Assembly (NCBI RefSeq): GCF_018350175.1
Contig: NC_058368.1
Location: forward strand, 104,472,001-104,536,000
Source of the DNA: Felis catus
Taxonomy: Eukaryota
Reading direction: 5' to 3'
DNA length: 64,000 bases
Shown: positions 1 to 13,080 of the stretch, in pieces
Position numbering within the stretch: position 1 is the stretch's first letter
Layout of the letters: each line of letters starts with the position of its first letter
The notes under the pieces: model-generated
The model's input: only the letters and a program-made list of their open reading frames with translations
Database searches by the model: none
What the model was told of the DNA's origin: nothing
Made by a program: the position numbers and the translations under genes

Positions 1-105
1 GAGTTCAGTGCTCTATTCCACAGGCAGGGGAGTGCATGCTGGTGCACGTAAACCCAAAGAGTGAGCTTTGGTTGCTTAGAAATAGGAAGGAGTGTGACCC
101 GCCAC

Positions 106-130
106 CCCCCCCCCCCCCCCCCCCCCCCCC
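106..130. repeat. Poly-C run
   Basis: ~25 consecutive C. Confidence 0.95.
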
Positions 131-1402
131 GCCTCACCTCCCTTTACTTGTACATCATCATTTAGTGCATGAAGGAAACAGAGTGGCAAACTGCAATCAG
201 GAGCATCAGGACGTTCACAATATAAAAGGTGCATTAGAAAAAGCACTGGGAGCTGAAGCCGGTAATTGGCACTTGATTATCTACAAGTGTCGCCTTACCC
301 ATCTCTGCGTTTTCTATGAAGTTTATTTAGCAAAATGCCCTCACACAGTTGGGCACACGCGTTTAATGCTGGTCAAGTAAACAAGTTTCTCCCAAACACA
401 AATGGAATTGTGATTATTGGTTGCACCCTGGAGTCCCTGCTGAAACTGTGGATTCCTCGGCGACCCAGATAGAGTTCCATCGTCCTGTTTGCATCCTCAG
501 CTGCCAGACAGAAGCCTGTATGCAATGACATATGCTCAGCAGGTCTTGATTGAAAGATGAGATTATGGCATTGTGCGACCCTGCGCAAGTCACATAACTC
601 CTTAGGGCATTCTTGTCCTCATCCAGGGGGTTTATCAGAGTCCACGACAACAGCTACTCATTGGGGCCGTGGGATCGCCCTGATTCTGGGCACAATTTTA
701 TTTGGCATCTGTGTATCATTTTTCTGAAAGAGGACACCTATCTTTTATTGTCTCAAAGATTCTGTGGCTATTCCCTGCCACCAAAAGTTTCAGAATCTTT
801 AGCTGAGAGCTAGAGTCTCAAAAATTACTGAATTCGTGAATCCCAATACTAAAATACTTTGGAGCATGCATGCCATGCTTACTTACTAGATATGTGCGAT
901 GTACTATATTAGGTGCATTATCAAACTAGCATCAAAAGCACAAAAAGTATAAGGTAAATAAACAATATTTATTTCTTTATATATCTAAGAGTACAGATAC
1001 TTTATCTTAAAAAATAATCATTATTTTATCAAGAATAGTGTGAATGAATATGCCTTATATTTGAAAAGCTAGATTAATTATTTGTGATACGTTAATCTGA
1101 AGGTCTAGTTCCATGTTCGGTTTATTTTACATAGCTGGGTTTTAATGGCTGTCATAGTTCTAAGCAAAAAAAAAAAAAAAAAAAAAAATCACAGTGTGAA
1201 CATTTCCAAACACTGTTTTTCACAATGTTCTCCCTATAATAAGTTTCGTTAAAATTCAGTTATCTTCTTATTCTTAAAATGACATCTTTATCTTGAAAGG
1301 ACAAATTAGTTATGCTCTGTATTTTTAAACAATGACCCACAGGTAGCATACTAGAGTGGCTCATTATCACAGAAATGGTTAACAAAATAGGGAACCCTTT
1401 AC

Positions 1403-1631
1403 TTTTTTTTTTTTTAATTTTTTTTTTCAACGTTTATTTATTTTTGGGACAGAGAGAGACAGAGCATGAACGGGGGAGGGGCAGAGAGAGAGGGAGACAC
1501 AGAATCGGAAACAGGCTCCAGGCTCTGAGCCATCAGCCCAGAGCCTGACGCGGGGCTCGAACTCCCGGACCGCGAGATCGTGACCTGGCTGAAGTCGGAC
1601 GCTTAACCGACTGCGCCACCCAGGCGCCCCA
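1403..1631 (-). mobile_element. Young felid Can-SINE (SINEC_Fc type), full length
   Basis: tRNA-derived head GGGGCGCCTGGGTGGCGCAGTCGG, CT tract, AATAAA/poly-A tail; TSD agggaaccctttac at 1389-1402 and 1632-1645. Confidence 0.97.
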
Positions 1632-2304
1632 AGGGAACCCTTTACTTTTTATAAAAAGAAAAATGAATGTAACTTATCTGTAAGTTGGACAACTCAATTA
1701 TTTTTTTATAAGATAACCAGCAAATCTCTGTGTGGCACAGAAGATTTTCATGGTCCCTTCTCAACTTAATACAAAATATTGTATTGCTTTGACTACACTG
1801 TACATTACACATTTGTTTTTTATAAAATTAATTATGAAGTATCCCGCAGCATTTGGTATACCTCTGGCTTCAACATCTTGGCTGCCCTAGCTTGCTTATG
1901 AATGATGCAGTGAATGAATTTATCTCTTATAACCTCACCCTGGAATCCTTCTCTAAGAAACAGCTGCTTCTCAAGAGGGAACACTACTTGGTTTTTCTCA
2001 CAAAACATTTTCATAAAGATTGTGAATGAATTTCATCTAGTGATGGCTCACCAAAAGGGGGCACTTAGCGTATTTCATTGGTCAAACAGAAATGAGCAAA
2101 TACAATAGGCTAGATCTAACATCTTACAAATGCAAAATAAGTCTTCTGCCCTCTGCAACCTGTTCCAATATGTATTTGCTTCTTCAAGATACAGTAACAC
2201 CTTCAATAATACTTTCACAGCACTTTGTGACAGAGAAACTCATTTTAGATAGTTTTCAACATAGTATCTTATCTGGGTTTGTACTGGGAGGAAAAACAGT
2301 TTTT

Positions 2305-2538
2305 GGTTTTTTTAATTTTTATTTTTTTACATTTATTTATTTTTGAGAAACAGTGAGACAAAGCATGAGTGGGGGGAGGGAGGTGGGCAGAGAGAGAAGG
2401 AGACACAGAATCCGAAGCAGCCTCCAGGATCTGAGCAAGAGGTCAGCACAGAGCCTGATGGGGGCTCGAACCCACAAACTGAGATCATGACCTGAGCCAA
2501 AGTTGGATGCTCAACCGACGGAGCCACCCAGTCGCCCC
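2305..2538 (-). mobile_element. Can-SINE, older copy
   Basis: SINE head and tail; imperfect TSD gaaa(a/g)acagttttt. Confidence 0.93.
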
Positions 2539-3030
2539 AGAAAGACAGTTTTTAAACATATGTAGCTTTTTTACTTCTGCATATAAGTAAAAACTTCAAA
2601 ACAGGCTTCAGAACATCATTTAGTGAAATTTTATAAAGATCAGTAGGTGAATTTAAACATTGGTTTCACCAGCGCAGGGGTATTCATATTTTTCTGTGGC
2701 ACTTTCATATTATCATTTTTCAAGGCAAAGTATACACTTCCTTCCAATATATTCATTCTTAATGACAGTACATGTCAGTCTGTGTTTCATTCCATCATCT
2801 TGATAGTTTTGGAATTGGGGGCTAACGTTTGATCAGTACTGATTGTGTTACAGTTTTTAACTCCCAGCTTGGCTAATAAACCAAGAACCTAGAACAAAGT
2901 GTGTCCTAGAACAAAGTTGTCAACTCCATTTCAAAGTGTTCACTTATTCTTGCTTGCACAGTTAGTGATACCTTTAAATTTATACTTTGTTTTTTTTTTT
3001 TTACAAGATTCTTTCTTTCTTAAATTTTTT

Positions 3031-3248
3031 TTTTAATTTTTTTTTTCAACGTTTATTTATTTTTGGGACAGAAAGAGACAGAGCATGAACGGGGGAAGGG
3101 CAGAGAGAGAGGGAGACACAGAATCGGAAACAGGCTCCAGGCTCCGAGCCATCAGCCCAGAGCCTGACGCGGGGCTCGAACTCACGGACGCGAGATCGTG
3201 ACCTGGCTGAAGTCGGACGCCCAACCGACTGCGCCACCCAGGCGCCCC
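3031..3248 (-). mobile_element. Young Can-SINE nested in the tail of an older SINE
   Basis: Near-identical to the 1403 copy; TSD tctttcttaaattttt / tctttgttaaattttt. Confidence 0.95.
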
Positions 3249-3436
3249 TCTTTGTTAAATTTTTAATGTTTATTTATTTTTGAGAGAGAGAGAGAGAGAG
3301 AGAGACAGAATCTGAAGCCGGCTCCAGGCTCTGAGCTGTCAGCACAGAGCCCGATGAAGAGCTTGAACTCATGGAATGTGAAATCATGACCTGAGCTGAA
3401 GTTGGATGCTTAAGTGACTGAGCCACCCAGGTGCCC
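3249..3436 (-). mobile_element. Older Can-SINE with an internal deletion (host of the nested copy)
   Basis: SINE head ends at ~3436; outer TSD ttttacaagattcttt (2999-3014) / ttttaccagaatcttt (3437-3452). Confidence 0.9.
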
Positions 3437-4177
3437 TTTTACCAGAATCTTTTAAAGCTGCTTGCCTTGGTTGTTGTTGCTGTTTGGTTTTTGTTTTTTT
3501 GTGTTGTTGTTGTTGTTGTGGTTGCTGTTGAGGGCTACTTTAGTTGAAACTAATTAATATTAAGCCAATTAATTTAACCCAACATGTACAGACACAATGC
3601 AACATGCTGTGGACAAGTGAGCAACCATCGCCCCCACCCCCACCCCCGACCCCGAACATACACCCTTCTGACTTAAAGAACAGGAGAGGGAGCAACTGTC
3701 AATCCATATATTAGTAAAACTTAATTTTTCTTATTTTTGGGGTATAAAAATGTGTACAAATTCCTGTATTTTCTTTCTTAGCCCCAGTGGTTTATCTTGC
3801 AAATTCCACCTCGGAAACCCTGATGTGGATAATCTCTGGTGCCATTTCCAACTCAAAAATTAAAAATTAATGGATATTCTGCTAGCAGGGCACTGGCTCT
3901 CTTTGTTTGCTCAAAGAACTCCTATATCACCCCCGAATTTATGTTTCCTGGCAGCTCCGGAGAAACCCTCCACCCCAAAACCCCGTGAGTGAGGAAGGAA
4001 GGCTGGTCACCTGGCTGAGCTCTTCCCCTGCTGCCACCTACGAGAGAGTCTGGTTGAATCCATCCAGAAGAACTGGGTAGGTTGACAGGTCTCTATCTCC
4101 CCATTAGCCTACCTTCACACTCCGCACACACGGACTAGCAGTTTTCAGCGTCAGCAAACATTAAAACATGAGATTAT

Positions 4178-4367
4178 GGGGGCACCTGGGGTGGCTCAGT
4201 CGGCTGAGCATCACGACTTCAACTCAGGTCATGATCTCACTGTTCGTGATTTCAAGCCCCACTTTGGGCTCGCTGCCATCAGTCTGTTAGCTGCAGAGCC
4301 CACTTCAGACCCTCTGTCCCCCTCTCTCTGCCTCCTCACCTGCTTGCACTCTTATATAAAAAGAAGA

Positions 4368-4438
<71 letters not shown>

Positions 4439-4452
4439 TAAAACAAACAAAA
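4178..4452 (+). mobile_element. Can-SINE with a (TA)n(CA)n microsatellite in the tail
   Basis: Head ggggcacctggggtggctcagtcgg; TSD aaaacatgagattat / aaaaccatgggattat. Confidence 0.92.
4370..4438. repeat. Compound microsatellite (TA)n(CA)n
   Basis: Directly visible. Confidence 0.97.
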
Positions 4453-7400
4453 AACCATGGGATTATGATGTGTGGCGCAGCAAAAGTGTTCAGGGCACAA
4501 GAATTTCCCTTGGAAGGTTTGACAGCTGCAAGTGGGAGGGATGAGGCAGGGTCATGTGTTTTCAGAGTTGTTCTGGACAGCCCTGTTTTGTGTGGGAAGA
4601 AGAAACAAATTGTATTATGTGGAAGGGAAAAGTCTTCTAAATTTAGAGTCTTTTATCACCTGGATTGTTGACTCTGAGCCTGCTTTCCTACGTTTGCCTG
4701 GCGAGTCCCAGGAGCTGGGGAAGTCGGGGAAGACTGACTGCATCCAGCAGCGACAAAGCCAGGTGCCAGGCAGCCCGCCAGAAAACGCAGTCCAGTGACC
4801 ACAGCCTCTTTCAAGAGTCGGGGAGGACAGTCATACATATCTAAGAGACATTCTTTGTTCGGAGGCAAGATCTGGTGACCCATGAGTAAAATCTCTTAAG
4901 GAATGGACTTACAACAAGATAGGTAGGTTTTTAGAATAAAGACAGGACCAAAAGATCATCTCCGAACTTTCTCCAGTCACATTTCCTCCATCAAAACTAG
5001 CTTCTCGCCTGTTCCTCAAACAGCTCCTAAGGACTTTCCGAGGCCTCCAATTCCTTCCAGGGGTCAAACGCTCAAAAACCAGAGGCTCCTTCACAGAAGC
5101 TAAGGATAATTCACCCTTAGGAAATTAGCTTGATTGGTTATGTCTGTATTTGAGGACAGGGCGGTGTATTTCTTTCGTTGGAAAAAAGTTTTGTTAACAA
5201 AAAGACAACAAAAAATAATCCAGTCTAGGTTGTTTTCTGTATTTTAGAGATTCCACCAACATTATCATCAGAGAAACTGAAGATAAAAAAAGATTATTTG
5301 CATCTCCGTTAAAATTATAATACCCTTCTCATTAAGGTGTTTGGAAAATGACAAGATGGCTCTTACAAATGAAGTTTTTATTTGTGCTACTCCCTTGCCC
5401 ACGGGTTTATAAGTGCTGGTATTGTATTTCCTATACAAAGAGACACAGGTTATTAACCGTGTGAATCCAGGCTGGGTTCCTGTTACATGTTTGTATACTG
5501 GATTCCCTCTCTTTTATTTTCTTAGGAAACCAGAGCTCCACAACCTACCTCTCCCAATCACCACCACCCCCCACCACCAGAAATTGCTTCTTCTGCACTG
5601 AAGTATGAAACCTACTGGTTACTCTTATTTGGCATCTGTGATCAGACACATTGTATTTGAGTTCTTGGATACAACACAGATGAAAGAAACAGCCACAATA
5701 GGAACTTAAGCAGCCAACTAGCAACCTGGTGAGTGAGTACTCTCCTTACAAATAAAAGTTACCAACCAGAAATTTTTACAACTTGCTCCCTATAGCTAGG
5801 AAAAATAAACAGGCTTGAAAGATGAATAGAATCCCACGGCCGTGATGCCGGACCAAGTCCACAGAAATAATCCAGTTTTCCGTTTCTTTCCCAGAAGGTG
5901 TCTTGCTCTATATCTGCCTTTATCAGAGGCAGGACCAGGACCAGGCTCAGGGATTCTGACTGGGGTCGAGGGAGAATGGGGCGCCTGGCCATCTGGTCAT
6001 TTATACTGATATCAAAGAGAAAACTCCTAGCAGAAACTCACATGAAACTAATAATCGCATAAGATGGTAAAGAGTTCTACCAGGCACCTAAAGATGTAAA
6101 TATTTATTAGCTATGCATACATTTTTGAAACTAGAAAAGGGATTTTTCAAAGATTTCCAAAGCAAAGATCTACTTCACACGCTCCAAAATATTTTCCAAG
6201 ATGTTCCCACTATCAGCTGACATTCTCTGACAGAGGCCTAGAAAGTGAGCTAACTCCACAGCTCACAAGCAGCTTGCTTTATGATGGGTGTGAACCAGGC
6301 ACACACAATGTCACAGCCAGTCTCGAGTGCCACATCCCTTGTGGTTTCTCCCATCAGAAGCCAGTATCTCTGACTGCCAGTTGGAAACCTTTTCCAGAAT
6401 TTTCATTCCAGAGAGATTTCTCTAAGAGCTGTGCTTCCAACCCCCCTTTCCAACATTCTATCCCTGGATCAGGTATACAAATCTAGGCTCTGTATTTAAG
6501 CTGGAGAAGGAATAAAGAGTAAAAACACTGTCAAAATACTTATTCCACTGAGCCTCCACACCACCTCCCCGCCCCTCTTGAAAGTTACAAGCTGCAGGGA
6601 ATAATCCCGGTTCAAAGTAGAGTGTTTTAATCTGCATTAATGACCTTTGAAAGCGTGAGCTTGGGAAGGCCTCTGAGATTCAAGCAGTGAGACTTTCCAC
6701 ACAGAATGCATGGAATTTGTAAGCCAAGGTGCTTCTGTGAAGGACTCTGTGCTAGAAGTGAACGAATACTCGGGGCCCTTGAGCAACAGATTCAAATTCA
6801 ATCATCTCGGCAGGCTTTCACCTCCACTTCCAAATAGCTGTGGGCTCTCTGGGCTTGTGTTCAACTGCCTAATGTAGCATGAGGGGATGGCTTCTCTCTG
6901 AATCCAAGGCTCCATCTTGGCCTGTCCTCCCCTCCCCCCAAGTAAGGTATTGTCTCTCATGGGGGCAGACACAGGAAACCACTGCTTTTCTTCCTAGCCT
7001 TTTCTTTAAACATGAGAATATGCAAACATATGCAAAATTAGGCATACTCTGTGGTGAAAATTCCCACAAATAAATAATAAATCTTCCTCATATTGCTCAA
7101 AGAAGAAAAGGCACGGTAACTAGATTCCCTAAAAGTGCCCCCCCCCATCCCCACCTTACCTTCAAATACGAAGATAAATGAGATTTTTAAGAGAATTCAT
7201 TTTTAATTGCTTATTCCTAGTGAGTGATTTCAAACACCAGGTAGATCCGGGGCTACGATTCTGTACAGCTGAGTATTGCTTCCCATGTATACTTTTAGCA
7301 TGTAAAGACTGCCATTTTAATTGGTATTCAGAGGTCTGCCAATGTGCAGACCCAAGCAGTTCAATTATTTTGACCAACTGGGAAAGTGAGTTATCTAGAA

Positions 7401-10299
7401 ACAAATGGGAATGCCAGATTAAAAGGCTATCCTTGCTAATACTTTCAAATTGGGCTAAAGTTAGTTATACCCTGTTGAGTCCTTCCACTTAGGACGAACA
7501 ATGCAGCAAAGCATGGCGAGACGTACTGCTTGGGCCTCTAATCTTAGCTGTGACATTTCCTGTCTCATGTTCTACCATCAATAGTGACCTACTTGCTATA
7601 ACCATGTGATTTCCCAACTGGGGCTTTTGATGCTCACACATGGGAAACACAATTATTTTTATATTTAGCACAAAGTGTAGCCGTGAAACATTTCAAATGA
7701 TTTTCAGTTGAACATATCCACACGAATCTTATTTTGCGGTGATCTTTTGTTTTGTTTTGTTTTGTGTTTTGCTTTGTCTTTTGGAAACGACACATTAAAA
7801 ACAAAGCTTTCACTCCCCCCGCCCCTTTTTTAAAAAGCAAACAGTGCACACGCTCCATTAGGCCAGTATCCAATAAATTGAAAACTAGCAAAAAGTGAAA
7901 GAATCATGTCCTCGTTATCTCATCTGAAGAACTGGGCACACATGACTCTTGTTGAGAGTGATAGGGAACAACACTTGCTGGTATTATGTAGGCTTGAAAT
8001 CCTTAGCAAAATGAAAATAACTTATTAGTGGTAAGTAAAGAGGAGACAGAAACTAGCACTCAGAGGTGGAACAGAAGTATACAAAAGACACAACCACAGG
8101 ATTTTTTACGTAAAACTGCAGACAAAACTAAAAACTCACCAAAACACAACACAGAGTAGGATTACAAATACCTAGCAAGAAAGCCTTCCCATGCCACAAA
8201 ATATGTCTGAGAGCCACACAGGACAGCTGATTTACCAGGCAAAAGTCAAGCCGTCACACACAGTTTTCAAAATTAAGAATACCGCCCTCAATAAAAATCT
8301 ATGTCTGTCTGTATGCATGTAACACAGCAAACGACTGTTCACAATTTTAAACCTTGTCAGCTTCGATCCGCAAACCCTAACGACGTGAACAGAGGGGTCC
8401 CGCACTCTACTGAAGAGAAGTTGCTCCATGTCACGTGTGAATAAGCACATTCCCAAAAGTTAACCAAACCCCCAAAACAGATGTCAGGAGCCTGCAGTAT
8501 ACCTATCTCGGTGACTCTCCCAAACTCTGTGGCTACACCAGCTCAGAAGCAGCTGCTTTTGTGAATCATAAAGGACCTTTCAAAGCACAGGGTGTTCACA
8601 CATGGAAAAGCACATGTTCTCTGCCTCTGCCAAAGAAGCTTCACGGCCGCCCCCCTCCAAGTACTTGGGAAATATTCCAGCAATATGTGTGTACCCATTA
8701 TGGATTCCTTCTCATTGCTACTGCGTGTGCTATACATTTTCTATAACCTCATGCTGTTTCCCACCCACACAGCTTAGAAAGAAAGAGAGAAAAAAAAAAA
8801 AAGAAACAAAGCCTTTGTCGAGCCATAAAAGGGCCAATCTACTGTATATGAAAACTACCCTGTCAAAAGCTGTCTCTCAAGAGTTTATGTAGACCATGAA
8901 CCTGCCTAATTTCAATAATGATATGTTGGCCCAGCCCTTTAATTACCCATCTCATTGTCACCTGGATCTTGAGGGGCTCTTCCCCAATCACACACCCAAA
9001 TCTACCTAGCTTATAAAGTGAGGAAGAAACGGCTCCCCTCCAGGACACACAGGAGGAAGGTACCATGTGAACAACATCGAAGTATCCTTTTCCATTTCCT
9101 CCCCATTCTGTGTTTTACTGACTTGTCTCTGATGCAAGACATAAAAACAATCTGGAAGAACTAGACTTAAAAATTACTCTCAAATATAGATGTGTTCTCA
9201 CCATAACATTTAGATCTGCTTCTGGAAGTCTGATACGGGGAGTTTAGCTGAGAAGTGTATTTCATAGTAACGGCTCCAACAGGTTTTTGTGATAGCGGGA
9301 AGCCCAGAAGGCAGGAAACAGCACCACGCGGGTTTAGACTGATTCCCCGCGTGGAGAGTGATGCCGTGGTTGGCGAGGTCACCTGAGGAAAGATCTGGGG
9401 AAGGTGAGCAGGTAGGAGGGGGATGTGAAGTTCCTGTCAAAGGTGAAATGATGATTTGTTTGGTTGAGTGGTAAAGTCACACTGGAGGCCTCAGAAAATA
9501 ATGGTTCACAGCGCACTCAACAAATGACACAGCAACCCACAGAACGACAGGGAAAGGAAAACACAGACGCACACATTTTAGCCGAGAGGGTCCCGAGCTG
9601 AAAGCCAGAGAGAGAAGCAGCTTCAGAGGAAGGCACTGATTCACTTCTGTCAGTCTCTTCCAAATTAACATGGGAGGTAAAGCTATTTTTCAATTTGCAC
9701 CTTCATAATTACCTCAGAATAATTAAGAACACAGTTCTAGGAATACATTATTTTAGTAGATACGTGAGTTCAAGTGAAAAATTATGTGTAAGCAGAGAAA
9801 ACAATTTTGTTTTAGTGAATTTGCCACTGCAAATTATCATGCAATTATAAGTCTTCCAATTTACAACTGAGCTTTATATGTACACCTCCATCTTTTAAGG
9901 GTTTATGTCTAACACTAAAGGAGGTGGCATCCTTAAAACTATAATCAAAATAAAAACCGAAGTTAAGAGTATTACTCAAATCTCCCTCTTCGACCAAGCT
10001 CTTTTAAAACCTTTATGTAATATTATTGTAGTAAGTCTACCTTCTCTCCAAAGAATTCTGATATCTATATCTTATTTTACTCTCACAGAGAGACTGAGAG
10101 AAAAGTAGATTTTGTTGTTTCCAGATTTTATATGAAAAAAGCTACCGTGCATGCACTCAGCTCTTTGACAACTGTCATCCATCTTTAGTCCTAGTGTGGG
10201 AGATAAAGGCAGATTATGGATCATTAGAGGTCAAAACTTCTAAATATTCCTTTCTTTATTAACTTAGTCCCTTGATTTTCCATTCACTTTATAAACACA

Positions 10300-10760
10300 G
10301 CTAGGATCTCTACCCTCGTGGAACTTCTATTCTAAGTGGGGGTGGGGGAGCGGACAGGCAAAACCAAGTAGACAGGTAAATTATGTAAGATTATGGCAAA
10401 TACCATAGAGGACACAAAAACGGAGCAGAAACAGAGGATTGGAGGGTGGGGGATCCCCTAAGGAGATCAGATGGGATGGTCCTGAGGGGTCACTGTGAAG
10501 GGGAGCCCTGAATGGAAAGAACGGAGCCGTAGGAGCTAAGGATGTGTGATCCAAGCAGACGAAACAGATGCAGAGTCAAGGGTGAGAATGAGACCAGCTT
10601 ATGAGACAAACAACAAGGAAGCTAGTGTGGCTGGAAAACTAGTGAGGGCAAGCGAGTAAGTAATAAGGTCAGAGAGATGGGCAGGGCCCGATCACTTAAG
10701 GCCGTACAGGCAATGGTAGTCTTCGAACACAAAGAGAAGCCATGGAGGGCCAGGAAGGGA
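10300..10760 (-). mobile_element. L2 LINE fragment (degraded)
   Basis: Purine-rich segments resembling reverse L2 (ggaacttctattctaagtggg; aacaacaaggaagctagtgtggctgga; aagccatggagg). Confidence 0.55.
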
Positions 10761-11329
10761 CATGGGCAGATGAACCGAAGTCTAAATCCTAGCTTAACCA
10801 CTCGGTGGCTATGTGAGCTAAAAGCAAGTTACTGGCTCCTCTCGGATGCTAACTTCCTAATTTATAAAAGGGTACTCGATAAATCATAGCCATTTACCAT
10901 CATCGATAATCATTATTATTATTAATGCTGTGATATGTAAATAAAGTTGGTAAAAAATGTTTACATTCAAGTAGACTGATACTGCAAAAAAATATATCCA
11001 AAATACAGAATTCTTACGAAATGAGCAAATCGTTTTAATCTTGTTTTTTATTCAGTAAAGATCATATACTCCTCGAGGACAAATAGACATAAATTAGTAC
11101 ATTTGAATCATTAGGGTTTATTGTGATTCTAATCAGAATAATTATTGATCTTGGCTCATTTCTCCGTCCTTAATTAGTCTGCATTGTGGCTTTTCTCTCC
11201 CTGTCAACCTAGCCTTGCCATTTTGTGTCCAGATGTGTATAGTATTTCAGTGGTACCTACCAGCCACACAGTAGTCATAAATGGAATTTCATGGTTACTT
11301 TCCAAGTCACAATGTATACTAAATACAGT

Positions 11330-11800
11330 TGCTTGCCAACATCTACTGCCCCCTCACTCCCATACACAGACTTCTTTCTTACTAACAGAATCCCAGTTTT
11401 GTTCACATTCACCTGCCCCCTCTCTCAAGCAATGATGGAGAATATCCTGCTAGTGATGGATGTACAGATGGGGCATGTGATCCTGTTCTGATCAATGAGA
11501 TAAGAAAGAAGACAGGTCTTCTCAGACACTTCTTAGTAATATTTTTGTCTCCTTCAAAAGGAGATTGTACAAGGGGGTGGTCCATTTTCTGTGCTCTAGA
11601 TATTGTCATGCCCACGAGTACCATCTGAACAACTGCAGCCATCCTGCCAAGAAGGTAAGACCCAGGCTTAGAGGGAAGTGGTCCCTAAGGATGACAGTGG
11701 CAGGGAGGTGCAAGGAAGCTGTATCCTTGATGATGTAAATGTGCCACTGAATCAACCAATCCTGCTGCCTGCCCTACTTCTCACACGAGCTAATACACTT
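11330..11800. mobile_element. Ancient ERVL-type LTR (LTR33-like), degraded
   Basis: Motifs ttcttactaacagaatcccagttttgttc and ggggcatgtgatcctgttctgatcaatgaga resemble recalled LTR33/LTR16 consensus. Confidence 0.4.
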
Positions 11801-12894
11801 CCTTCCCGCGTAGGTCAGTTGGAGTTGGAGTCTTGTGCTGTGTGCGGAAGGTTTCCTAGCAAGTGGACCACATCACCTTCACACGGACGTTTCCATTTGG
11901 AAGCATCCCTCGTTTCTTTGTCTCTGGGAAGGTCTAGGAATGGAACGAGGACTTCTGACTCTAGCTCAGTGCACTCCAAAGTTCTGGATATGGGATGATC
12001 CAGCGTTGTAATTTACAATACTGGAACGGTCACCGGGAAAAGGCCAAGGGGAAAACACCCCGGAAGTCACAACAGGAAGATGGCGCTTCGGAGTAAGTAG
12101 CTGGTGCCGAATGGTCTATCTCTGGCTTTCTGTTTATAAACTTTGCCTTTCAGCTTTCGCCTGCCTAGTTGACGTGTTCTTCCCTGAAGGCCTCAGTGAA
12201 GCACACCCCTCATTGGGCTTTTGTTTCATAAGGCTTCCACTTCTGAGTTCTTATCCAGTTATAAGAATTTCAACAGGGACCACGTAAGATCTAGCACAGA
12301 TCCCACGCACCGGGCAGATGCTAAGGAAACCGAAGTAGCTTCACACTCTCCTGGGACAAGAGGATTAAGGGGCAGAAACGCTCTGCAGAAGAGGTGCAGA
12401 TTTATGATTTGTTGTCAGGAGACAGACCCGCCTAGAAAGGAAGGGGGGAATATAATCATTATAGGGCACTGGCTATTTTTGCTTCGGCCATGTAGAGTTA
12501 GTTTGAAGTTGAAACTATCAGGGACTGGTAAAATAAAATATCCATCTTGCAAAAAAAGCCTAGATGCTTACTGACTGTAGAGGGAAGGGTCGGACTGCGA
12601 TTATTGGCAGCAGAGCGGCCGGTGGGGGTTGGGAATGAGGTAAAATAAAAGATCACATAAATGTCTAATGGTTCACAATAAGCAAAATGCAGTACGGCTT
12701 GAAACCAAATTAGCCATTCTGGTCTAAGAAGTATTTTTTTCTTTAAGAAAAATTACAGAATTATAAATTTAGCCCATAATGGAGAACAGAAAATATAAGG
12801 CACATAGGTTTTATAATTTTGTAGAGTATTTGAGAGATATTACTTATCAAATGGGGTGAACATTATAACTGGTGAAAATTTGCTAAGAGACCGT

Positions 12895-13080
12895 AATTAA
12901 AACAGAATAGCAAATGGTGCCTTAGCTCTTGAAAGGGTCACCATCAGGATGCCACTTAATGTCTTCATTACTGATCTGCGGCGAAAATGGAATTTCGTTC
13001 AATATAAGGATGGTGTCTAATTGTGCGATGTTGTCAAGGGCTGGAAAGTGGTAGAAAAATATCTGCGGAGGTTAGAAACA
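12895..13080 (+). mobile_element. CR1/L3 LINE reverse-transcriptase fossil
   Basis: One frame reads VTIRMP-LNVFITDL...QYKDGV*LCDVV...KYLRRLE, collinear with CR1 RT motifs VTSGVP / FNIFINDL / KFADDTKLGGVV / RDLDRLE. Confidence 0.6.

Noticed and set aside
36..380. Poly-proline ORF
   Set aside because: The prolines come from a poly-C homopolymer.
3046..3237. Recurrent MAQSV.../MAQL... ORFs and tRNA-like sequences (also 18133, 18670, 35366, 43367, 53176, 63766)
   Set aside because: Translations of Can-SINE bodies; the tRNA similarity is the SINE head, not a tRNA gene.
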